Origin: Lingula anatina
Taxonomy: Eukaryota; Animalia; Brachiopoda
Reading direction: 5' to 3'
Length of the DNA: 64,000 nucleotides
Assembly (NCBI GenBank): GCA_051362555.1
Contig: CM120643.1
Location: forward strand, 5,890,001 to 5,954,000
Shown here: piece after piece, positions 28,219 to 38,750 of the stretch
Numbering within the stretch: the stretch's first letter is position 1
How the letters are laid out: the number at the start of each line of letters is the position of its first letter
Position numbers and translations under genes: made by a program
The notes under the pieces: model-generated
What the model was told of the DNA's origin: nothing
Seen by the model: only the letters and a program-made list of their open reading frames with translations
Database searches by the model: none

Positions 28219-28348
28219 ACACACACACACACACACACACATACACTACTACTACTACTACACTACTACTACTACTACTACACTACTACTACTACTACTA
28301 CTACTACACTACTACTCTACTACTACTACTACTACTACTATAACTACT
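28219..28348. repeat. (CA)n followed by (CTA)n compound microsatellite
   Basis: Direct reading; lies about 20 bp from the DDC PLP-lysine exon. Confidence 0.97.
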
Positions 28349-28368
28349 GTGCTTCTTAATTTACTTAC

Positions 28369-28436
28369 CATAATGCTGAACAATCAAATGTCACTCTCAT
28401 CAACTTGTGAGGACTGACACTAAAAGAATCTGCAAA
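28369..28436 (-). pseudogene. DDC: DDC-like exon with PLP-binding lysine
   Basis: tag|FADSFSVSPHKLMRVTFDCSALW|gtaagt, 68 nt. Confidence 0.9.
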
Positions 28437-28776
28437 CTAAAACAATTGGAAACAATGTAAATTCTCCATGGGGCGCATGCCACTTGTACGGTTCCATTCT
28501 TGTTACACACCAGCGTCACTAATAAATCGGTTTACATAGTTATCGGTGACGGGCGGTGACATAAGACCTACCGGTCGCTAATACTTTTACCACCATTTAC
28601 TTTTAAAAAAGATAATTCTAAATACCGAGACCGAAAGTGTCATTTTATGTCCGCTTGTCATTCAAAAATCGATGAGAGGGAGTAACGTTAGGTGTGGGGG
28701 AGTTAAAACATATTAAGAGGGGGGGGGGGGGGGGTATTTCAATTCAATTCAAGTTACATTATTATTATTATCTTAC

Positions 28777-28938
28777 CTGTACCCCACTGAGCAGGTATCG
28801 AAAATCGGGTCAAATGGAAGCACTGCCAGCATACGAAGCATCTATATGGAGCCACATCTGCTCTCTGCTGCACACTGGGCCAAGTTCCTCAATGTTGTCA
28901 AAAGCACAGGAGAAGGCCGTTCCTAGCGTGGCACAAAC
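28777..28938 (-). pseudogene. DDC: DDC-like exon (nonsense codon)
   Basis: cag|[53 protein letters not shown]|gtaag. TGA at 28810-28812 where the family has Cys (ICPE). Confidence 0.93.
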
Positions 28939-29157
28939 CTGTTGTTTATCATAAATGAAGTATGGTAAGTAAACGTAATGTTCAAGATGTAAAACATACA
29001 ACGTTCAATACGCCATGGATTCGAAATAAATAAAGCACCAGGCTAATGTATGATTTTAATCATTAAAATGGTGTAATAATGTTTCAAACTGTTTATCAAA
29101 TGTTTACACCGATTAAAAAATTTATATGATCACGTTCGTGTGTGAACGTAACAAATT

Positions 29158-29325
29158 CAGGCCCGTAGCCAGCAAATGCAAAAGGGGGGTTCTTTTTCTG
29201 AAAAAGTGGACCTTTTACCATGAAATTTATGTATACCTAGATCAAATTTTACCCAAAACGGACCTTTTTCAGACAAAAGGGGCGGTTCTTTCGAACCCCC
29301 CGAACCCCCCCTGGCTACGGGCCTG
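29158..29325. mobile_element. MITE with CAGGCCCGTAGCCAG...CTGGCTACGGGCCTG TIRs
   Basis: Perfect 15-bp TIRs and 5-bp TSD aaatt; lies in a DDC intron. Confidence 0.9.
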
Positions 29326-29510
29326 AAATTCTAAATCCATTGCTTGGCTCGGTTAAAACACTCTACTGTTTCTGTTGGTGCATCACATAGCAGGGTCAAT
29401 CTGCTCACACCATCTCGATCATAACGTTATTACAGAATAACTTTTAAGTATTGCAATGCATCCACAACAATAAGCACAGACAATATATTTAACGAAGACT
29501 ATACACTTAT

Positions 29511-29654
29511 AAAGATAGGTATCAATCCCTCTGCCTTGCTTTTTTGTACAGCATGCGCCAATGTTTCGCCGCGTAGGGATTGTTGCTCGTCAGTGGGGAG
29601 CAGGACGATCTTTACTACTCCAAATAGGCCAGCACGTATCACTGAACTATGGGC
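29511..29654 (-). pseudogene. DDC: DDC-like exon (donor mutated GT>AT)
   Basis: tag|AHSSVIRAGLFGVVKIVLLPTDEQQSLRGETLAHAVQKSKAEGLIPIF|ataagt, 144 nt. Confidence 0.9.
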
Positions 29655-30165
29655 CTACAAATACATATATAGGGGAATATAAGCTTAATTGTATTAAAAA
29701 GGCAGAAAACTACCAAATGTACAGACAAAAAACAATATGAAAGAATTTAAATAAAATGCATTATATGCACAATAAAATACTAATTTCAAGAAAAAGAATC
29801 CAGTCAGGCTGGATGTCCAACACAACTTGAACACGGCGATAAAAAAAGAACTTAAAAGAAGAATGTAATTGACACTTTTGTGCAAGGTATGCAAGTGTGC
29901 CACCAACGCTACGGAGGCAATGTGAAGCATATTTTGGAAAGAACATGGCTTTTATGCCAAGCTACCGATATAATTAATACTTTGGGGAATGTTCGTGGGT
30001 AGACTGGAGTTTAAGTCCACCTTATTTCTTGAAATTTGCTGGACCTTCTTCTAATTTCATAAAATGATAAATGAGCTATGTTTTTTCTTGGGGAGGTTTT
30101 TAAAAGTCTGAATTGGGAAAGATTAGAGTCTTTACAGGATATTGGAGACTTGGAATGGTATATAC

Positions 30166-30301
30166 CTGATCTGAACAGTACCCCCACCATCTTTGCCATG
30201 ATGTCAGCCTCCGAAAGAGCAGGGTTTGCTTCCTTCTCTCTGAGAATGGCTTGATTCCTAGCAGCTAGCAAGCAAATCAATATGGTCTCGCTGGAGCTAC
30301 C
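30166..30301 (-). pseudogene. DDC: DDC-like exon (+1 frameshift)
   Basis: tag|GSSSETILICLLAARNQAILREKEANPALSEADIMAKMVG(+G)YCSDQ|gtat, 136 nt. Confidence 0.9.
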
Positions 30302-30734
30302 CTACAGATGTAATTTTTTTCATTATTTTACGCGTTAAGATGATTCAAGTTTAAGGACATCTTTTCTTTCTTTTTTTGAACTACATGTATAGGGCATATT
30401 ATCTGGCCGTTGGATTAGGGCCCAAAACGACGACGTTCACTATCTTTAGGAAAGATTTACTTTTTTAAACACATTCATTACTGTCCTTTTTTTCTTATGA
30501 TAAGAGTGTATACAATACCGGTAATTATATATATATATATCATGTGCTAAATCTTTAATTTTTCCAGAAAAGACATAAGCACCAACTAATTATAATTTCC
30601 CGTGATTGTATGTTCACAGACCGATGTCGTGATCAGACTGTCGTGAAATTGCCTTGTAATTTAGAGTCATCTTTATGACTCGTTGTCCAACCTTTGTATT
30701 TCAATAATATTATATACGTACAGTTTTTGTATAA

Positions 30735-30942
30735 TGTTATGACAGATAGGCAGACAAACAGACAGACAGATAGGCAGACAATTAACTTATCGTTAACAAT
30801 TAACTTTTGGATCACCACCAAAATCAAGTCTATAATGAAAACTCGTCCTCAGCTTTTTCCATTATGTTGCTATCAGTCAATCAGAAGAACAGACAAAAAG
30901 ACTTGGGGAACCAAAAACATTACCTCTTCGGCCGAGATAAAT
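30735..30942 (+). mobile_element. 3' remnant of a HINE/pearl-like element in a DDC intron
   Basis: (GACA)n-like tract and terminal aaaacattacctcttcggccgagataa hairpin. Confidence 0.5.
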
Positions 30943-31290
30943 ACAGATATAAACAATTGTTGAACAATTGCATCAAATAAAATAAGATGACAATCAATTT
31001 AAGTGTTTAAAGTGATATTTGGTGCACTGAGTACATCTAAAATGCATTTCAGAAGCCTATATTTTAAATACACAAGCGGGTCACTGTCACCTCTAAGTGT
31101 ATTAAGTTTCATCAAAACAATCATCTGTCGCTCAAGGTGTTTTGTCAAAAGACAATAAAATGTGATAATCAGTGTAACAGTTCCATATATGTTGTTGGCG
31201 AAACGCCACTTAATCAATTCAGTCTAAGTTGTCTACAATTTTGCCTCAAATATCTCAAATAATTTTTGGGTTCTAGATGACTGGTCTTAC

Positions 31291-31410
31291 CTGAATGACC
31301 CCGCCCCCTTTGCCTCCAGAGCAGAATAGAAACTGCTCTGGCAAATCCAGCATCTTCCCCAACCAGTCCATCATAATCATCTCCAGCACTGTGCATGCCG
31401 GATTGGCTGC
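31291..31410 (-). pseudogene. DDC: DDC-like exon
   Basis: cag|[40 protein letters not shown]|gtaag, 120 nt. Confidence 0.93.
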
Positions 31411-31733
31411 CTGGGAAAAGAACATAAGCCCGTGTTTTCCTGTTATTAATAAGAAAATAACAAAAAGGTCTTTGCTTCACCCTGAGTTTCAGAGGGCTGG
31501 AAACTCGCCTCATTGTGCGTGCTTTCAGCATGCATGGCAGGGACAAGCTGGTAACATATAGAGGTGAGTTTCAATTCACACATGGATCTCAGACCGCTTG
31601 ATTTAGATGTCTTGAAGAGTCTCATTTCTAATGGTATCGAACAATAAATAAAATACAAGTCAGTTTCCAGCCCCCCCCCCCAATTTTGTGAAATCTTGGG
31701 TCCTCCGGTGTACAGTAGAAAAAATCAGCTTAC

Positions 31734-31847
31734 CCAGGTAAATCCAAGACCACCCATAGCATCGGAGAGCATGTCGGCACAGATGGCAGCGTAGGATCTG
31801 ACTGAAGGGAAATAGCCATGGAACTGCGGGTGATTCCAGTGCGTTGT
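31734..31847 (-). pseudogene. DDC: DDC-like exon
   Basis: ag|TTHWNHPQFHGYFPSVRSYAAICADMLSDAMGGLGFTW|gtaag, 114 nt. Confidence 0.93.
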
Positions 31848-32248
31848 CTAGAGTATTGTTTGATTTAGATTAGACACAAAATATATAAATCGTGCCAAAA
31901 ATATAATATAGAGATTATTAACCATCAACTTCTTAGCAGAAATGTTACAAACAATATTCTATTTCATATACAACATTTTTGTATGATTATGATTTTGAAT
32001 TAGATTTCTGTGATTTAGCTGCCTTTTTCTCAAGTGAGGAAACCGACTAAAACGAAGCAAGTCAGATTCAATTAAAAAACAATCCTCTTTAAATTACAAC
32101 CCTTGTACACTAAACTATTGCTCATCTCTTAAAGACAGTAAAGCCAATATACTAAAAATCAACTGTATATTTTGCCATGTGTATTTTATATTTAGCCGCG
32201 TGGCGCATGCGCAAACGATAATTTACCTGTGTGCCTATAAGCACTTAC

Positions 32249-32445
32249 CCCAGGCATAATAACCCGCTCTACGTCACCAATAACGTCCTCCCAGGACTCA
32301 GCAGTTTCTGGGGCAGTTTCCGGAAGGAACTGGCGCTTATATCCGGCTATGCAGGATATACTGGATGATTCTGCACATTCTCTAAGTAATCAGCCACCAT
32401 GTCTACTATTTCTTTCCCACGAACACGGAACTCTGCAGCATCCAT
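32249..32445 (-). pseudogene. DDC: DDC-like first coding exon (frameshifted)
   Basis: ATG at 32445: MDAAEFRVRGKEIVDMVADYLENVQNHPVYPA* then, in another frame, GYKRQFLPETAPETAESWEDVIGDVERVIMPG|gtaagt. Coding length 197 nt is not a multiple of 3. Acceptor tttttcatag at 32461. Confidence 0.92.
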
Positions 32446-35400
32446 TTGGCTGTCAATTGCCTATGAAAAAATAACAAAGAGTAGCTTGCGTTTTGGTATC
32501 TATATCAGCAACAACTAAACTTTTTCAACGCTGTTTAAAAGGAAAGATCATGAAAGATGGAACATTGCAACATATGCGTTTTTCAGTCCAGGATACAACT
32601 ACAAGGATTTCAGAAAGAGGCGATAAAATATGAAGCAAGAGTAGTTAATTCTGGTAACAGGTACGGCTTACACGAGTTCAATGTTAAACTGTTTTTAAAG
32701 AGACTTAACGTCGGTCACTCGTTTGGCACGACGTTTCGGCCCTTCGCACGAGGACCTTGATTACATTTAAGAATCTATGAAGATACTCTTTTACGCGCTT
32801 ACGAATAGCATCTGTTTGTGACTTCTGTAACTACTAAATACCTTGAGGAAAATTCACAATAAATGTTCTCTTAAAACCAATGATCACATCAACTCATGAA
32901 TTGAACTTATTTCGTATACTGACCCCAATTCTAAAATTACCTGTACAAATCGCCAGTTTTCCAGAAAAACGCTAGAAAGGGGTACGCGTACAACCTCCTT
33001 CGACAGACAATCAACTGTGAAGGCAGAGGTTAGATTATTGTAGCACAAGGGTGCGTGAAGAAATTCATTTTGGATTTTGGTTTTGGATTACCCTCCACCA
33101 CAGGGTCACAGCTTGATTTTTTGCTAGGTATTCACAGATATGTATCTGGTTTAATTGACGGCAATTCCCTGCACTGTGTCAGAAAAGTCCACATAATATA
33201 ATATGAGGTCCTGGTAGGTGGTAATTTTGGCTTGGAACCGTGTTAACTGGCCTCGGTTGTCCTCGGGGAATTGAATAGCAAACATGGAATTTCCTAATTA
33301 GCTTTCAATTACCATACAGATATACACCTAACATAAATTTAAGCATAAATGATGTGGACTCTCACCACTATTTCAGCCTTATTATACACTAAGCATTTTC
33401 TAAACGCATTCCTTTACTGTGGAGAATCATATTGATGCATTTTGATACAACCAAAATGGCTTTAACAGTCAGAAAAATAATTTCCACTAAAACTGGCTCA
33501 TGGTATTGACGTACATGTATTTATGAGCTCATTACAAATTCTAGATGTTTTGCTGATTTTTTGCTGAACTCTGGTTGATTTTCCCCACAACAAGGAATAA
33601 CAAAGCTGATATAATTTGATTGTTGCCACAAAACCAAAAGAATAGCAAAAATCCCTATTAACCTATTTATTTGAATGGACATATCAGTGATATACAGGGT
33701 TTTACGCTTTCCATTATTAAGAAACAGAAATATTCAGTGTTCATCGACTAAATTAGGTTAACATAAACACTCATGTTTGCGATTTTGGAGTAAAAATTGA
33801 AAAATATGTTTCTCAAAGTTCTCCTTTCCCAGAGCACCAACGAACACGGTTTCAACGCCAATTTAATGACACTATTTACTACTCCAAAACCCTGCCAGCA
33901 ATTTTTCTAAAAAAATAGTTCATACTGCATTGTTGATAAAGCAAAATACTGCCTTTGTTTCAAGAAAATCTGTAATGAGGGGCTAATAACTCCATAACAA
34001 AAAATGACGGCACGGAACTGTTAATTCTAGGTGCTCTATTCCAACTCATTAAAGTCTTTATTGTGGGTTATTCCCAAATTGAAACGTTGCGCAACACTGC
34101 AAAATCGTTTCTAAAATCAAAAATTTATTTATTTACTTAACATTGTCTGGTTTTATGGAAGAAATCGGTATGAAAGTAATTACAAAAGAGTAAATCAAGT
34201 TTAGAATATAATTTTATTCAACTATCAAGTTAAATGATGACCAGTTACATTCAATTCCAATAGGATTTGCAAGTAATCATTAATGAATTACTATACGTAA
34301 ATGCAATGGATTAAAAAACGGTAGTTTTACTGAAAGTTTATATTTTCCATTCCCGTCTTTATCATCTCACAACGAAACGCAAATAGCCCAGCAATGTACA
34401 AGATAAACAAATTTACCAAAGTAATTCATACAGAAAGAGGCACTGAAGCCAAATAATGATGGTCAGAGGTTGGTACCAGATGCTCTCGGGCCGTGGGGAA
34501 AAACCCGTCTAAACCCTTCTTGGGGAATGCCGGGAAAGTGCCCACGCCCGGATAACAGTTTTTACAGCACCTTACAAGCTCAAGAATATCGTCCCGTTTT
34601 AGACAGCATGGCACGACTGAATAAACTTTCGTGACTACAAACTATTCTCTATATATACTATACAAGATAAACATATTTACCAAAGTAATTCATACAGAAA
34701 GAGGCACTGAAGCCAACCCGAGACATTAACTAGAGACTTAACACGAAACTAGTTTAAACTTTATCCAGGGGGGCAAAGCCATAAATAAAGTCGCTCAGTC
34801 CTGAAATTTCTAACGATAACATAAACAGACCATAAACAGATTCAAGTAATATGACCATAACTCGGGTATCTCAATGATTTAAACTAAACTAAGACATAAC
34901 TCTGGATAAAATACCTAAAACTATAAAATTTCTAAATTTTCATTTTGCCCTGAAATCGCCACTACCTATATGATACAAGCTGAGAATAAAGCAAGCTTGC
35001 TTCGAATTATTTCGCATCTCACATCACTGTTTGACCGTCCATGTAAGTTTCAATTTGAATTTGGTTGATCCGGAGAAAAGGTGCATATATGATGAAGTGG
35101 ATTTATTTGTCAAGTATAACACTTGAGAAAATCTGAATGTTAGTAATGTGATCTCTATCTTGAGAGATGATGGCATCTCTCAAGTAGAGCAGACTGTGCA
35201 AAAAATAATGAAATATTTTCACATGTAAAACATTTCATTGCAGATTTTGCACAGGCTATCAATGTAAAATCTCTCCATGTAAAAGCGTTTACATGAAGTC
35301 AGATTTTACAAAGATGTGAGGGTTTATTAGTAAGGTTAGTGTGCAGGTTAAGACCTTCTCAAATGCCTTACTGACAAACAACTCCACATCACCAAAAGCA

Positions 35401-37320
35401 CAAATTTCAGAAAAGACTACTGCACTAAGATTGAAACAAAACACAGACGACCATAAGTGGTGGAAATGCGAATGTTTTTGTGAGCATAAAACTACTTGCA
35501 TTTAGAATGTATACAGCAACTGGATATTCAATTAAAATCATTAACATGATGATTATTATTATATCTGAAGAGGTAGACTTAAAACATTTTTATACATAAC
35601 CACGCCTCATCCTATACAATTGGAATGCATGGAATTAAGAATGATCATTCAGACCTTCAGCCATTGTAATAAAACATCACTTACACAAGTGAAAAACAAA
35701 ACTTAGTGCAATTACACTCGACAAAAGTTTGTGACCAATGAAACCCAAATATTCTTATTATCCAAAAGCCCCAAGTCCATTACTAGTTTGTATTCCTATT
35801 ATACTCTGCATATTGCTCTCCATTTCCATTGCACATTCTCTATATTTGTTTGCAGAACAAGTTGTATCCTTCAAAACCAAGACTGCTAGGACGTCCAATC
35901 ATCAATGAAAAGTGGCTACAGGGGGCTCCTTGCTAGCGCTATAAAGCGTTTCACATCTTGGATATTTGGTCTACGGTTGAAGCTGTTTGCCTTCGGGCAT
36001 CATTTCTGGAAATCCCTTTTCGTAGCCTACAAATGAAATGTAATGTGTTCACTTAAAAGTTATTTCACCTTGAAATGTTACATGTTAAAATTGTTGGCTG
36101 TCCATGCTACTTTTCTTAAGAAAAGAAAAAATAATAATATATGATTGAATTATTTAATAACTAATTTAGACACTTGGCTATTAGTTAAAGGATGCGATGT
36201 TTAGGAATGTGCTGGGCGCTTTTGCCAATTCTGTATATACAGACACTGCTCTAAGATTATTATTCTGCGAATTTTAAAGGATATAGTCTTTGATCACAGT
36301 CCATAATAAGAAACAATACACTAATAATAATATACAAAAAAGTTAAGAACTGCTTTTCTTAAAGTTGTCGATCCCTAAGAACTTACAAACTTATCTAGCA
36401 AGAAGATCCCTCGCTCCTGAAGAAGTGTTTCATCTGGTGGTTTGGATGTTGCAATCGACATTTTTGGACACCTCCACTTTTGGTAGCCTGCAAATTTGAT
36501 TAATAATTTTAAAATGTAATAAAAGCCAACAATTGCAATACGAAATGTGTTTAAAAAGTTTAATGGGTTTGATAAAAAATTGATATCAAGAGTACTTTTG
36601 TCACAAACTCTGAAAAAACATATATTTTGACTTGCACTGGCGACCTTCACACGTCTGTGACACAATGGAGTAAGGCAAAATTTAGAGTTTTAACGACGGA
36701 AAAGGAACATTGCATTTGCTGTAACGGACCAGGAAAAACATCGATTGGGAGAGTGCTTAGATTCTACAAAAAGGAAGTGACTGGAGAACAAGAGGCATAA
36801 AGGAAGGAACGTGTTTTGCTTTCCCAAATAACATGAGTTACATGTACCTTTTAAGGCTTTCCATCTCAGTGAAACGTCACATGCTTCTGCTGTTCTCACA
36901 TACAGCCACCTTTATAAACAAACCATGGCAGGACTAAATCAGGCACCAATGACTGATCGAAATAAACAAATGTGCCGCTCTTCTTGCACTTCTTTTGAAA
37001 ACTGGGAACTAACAGGAGTTGCCATCACTGAGTTCTGTAAACAAACGAAAATGGAATAAGTTTTAAAAACCAAAGCAGTCTGCGTCCATTAAAATTGTTT
37101 GAACCAGTACATTTCTAGAATGTGTCAATTTTGTAACGTGGTTGATAGATTTTTCTACAAGTTTTCAAAAGAGCTTTAGACTTGATTTAATTTATTTCAT
37201 TAACTGTTAAATCACAATTTTAAATGACAAGGTCTTGTTAATACAAATATTAATGCAATACAGTCCATTCCTATTCAAATTTGTATTTGGACCAGTAAAT
37301 CCAGATTCAGACTTCTAGAT

Positions 37321-37645
37321 TTAAAGGGATAACTCTTCGTATGATATCTTTATTTCACAATAAAAGCATTGTGAACAGCTCATAGAAATATAATATATTG
37401 TTTTACCACAAAAACAGCAATTATAGCTATTATTCTGATATCTAAGCTTGTCTTTAGATCACGTGACTTCCATTGATGACTGTACTCTGTTATAATCTCT
37501 TAAGAGATTTTAACAAAAAACCAAACTTTAAAAAAAAAAAACGGACTAACTTTGAATAAAAAATGGATTCATTAACCCTTGGTAAGTATGGGAACATTGT
37601 TGTTTACTCCAGGAAAATTCATTTTTTGGCCAAAACGAAGAATTA
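37321..37645. mobile_element. Inverted copy of the Kolobok-like element at 46416-46753
   Basis: ttaaagggataactcttcgtatga...ttttttggccaaaacgaagaatta is the reverse complement of the 46.4-46.75 kb copy. Confidence 0.8.
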
Positions 37646-37789
37646 GGAAAGTAAGGCGGTCAAAACGGCCAGTAAGGTGAAAAGTTTATGGCACGGACTA
37701 CAACTAAAAGTAAATCATTTTAGTACATGTGCTTTCCCCAATAACACGGGTTACCTTTCAGGATTTTCCATCTCATTGAAACATCATAT

Positions 37790-38695
37790 GACAGGACTCG
37801 CTGGACGCTTCCCCATTGCAGTCACATCGTAGACGGACCATGGCAGGACTCGCTGGACGTTTCCCGAGTGCAGTCACCTCGTAGACGGACCATGGCAGGA
37901 CTCACTGGACGATTCCCCAGTGCAGCCACCTCGTAGACGGACCATGGCAGGACTCGCTGCACGATTCCCCAGTGCAGCCACCTCGTAGACGGACCATGGC
38001 AGGACTCGCACTCGCTGGACGCTTCCCCTGTGCAGCCACCTCGTAGACGGACCATGGCAGGACTCGCTGGACGCTTCCCCATTGCAGTCACATCGTACAC
38101 GGACCATGGCAGGACTCGCTGGACGTTTCCCCAGTGCAGTCACATCGTAGACGGACCATGGCAGGACTCGCTGGACGTTTCCCCAGTGCAGTCACATCGT
38201 AGACGGACCATGGCAGGACTCACTGGACGATTCCCCAGTGCAGCCACCTCGTAGACGGACCATGGCAGGACTCGCTGCACGATTCCCCAGTGCAGCCACC
38301 TCGTAGACGGACCATGGCAGGACTCGCTGGACGCTTCCCCAGTGCAGCCACCTCGTAGACGGACCATGGCAGGACTCGCTGGACGCTTCCCCTGTGCAGC
38401 CACCTCGTAGACGGACCATGGCAGGACTCGCTGGACGTTTCCCCAGTGCAGCCACATCGTAGACGGACCATGGCAGGACTCGCTGGACGATTCCCCAGTG
38501 CAGCCACCTCGTAGACGGACCATGGCAGGACTCGCTGCACGATTCCCCAGTGCAGCCACCTCGTAGACGGACCATGGCAGGACTCGCTGGACGCTTCCCC
38601 AGTGCAGCCACCTCGTAGACGGACCATGGCAGGACTCGCTGGACGCTTCCCCTGTGCAGCCACCTCGTAGACGGACCATGGCAGGACTCGCTGGC
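37790..38695. repeat. GC-rich 52-bp minisatellite, ~17 copies
   Basis: Unit cctcgtagacggaccatggcaggactcgctggacgcttccccagtgcagcca, period 52 (37831, 37883, 37935, 37987). It explains the overlapping repetitive ORFs in the track. Confidence 0.97.
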
Positions 38696-38750
38696 AACAA
38701 AGATTGGTCGAAGTAGCTGTAGATGTGGGCCCTCTTCTTGCAGTTGTGTT

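Larger units (their letters stand above)
24550..32445 (-). pseudogene. DDC: Aromatic-L-amino-acid decarboxylase (DDC/AADC family, group II PLP-dependent decarboxylase) unprocessed pseudogene
   Basis: Hand-translated exons give MDAAEFRVRGKEIVDMVADYLEN..., [57 protein letters not shown] (PLP lysine) and [20 protein letters not shown]. Multiple disabling lesions. Exact paralog (DDC vs TDC/HDC-like) not resolved. Confidence 0.92.

Noticed and set aside
28092-28417. ORFs with GEGQMP or poly-Thr/Tyr/Leu as the missing DDC loop exon
   Set aside because: They are on the wrong strand for DDC and are generated by the (CA)n/(CTA)n microsatellite.
32720-32765. Penelope-type hammerhead ribozyme remnant (minus strand ...aaggtcctc...gggccgaaacgtcg)
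   Set aside because: The CUGANGA core is absent; at most a decayed trace.
32941-33060. Non-coding first exon of the DDC-like gene (CAG|gtaatt donor at 32940)
   Set aside because: Plausible but supported only by a single splice-like motif.
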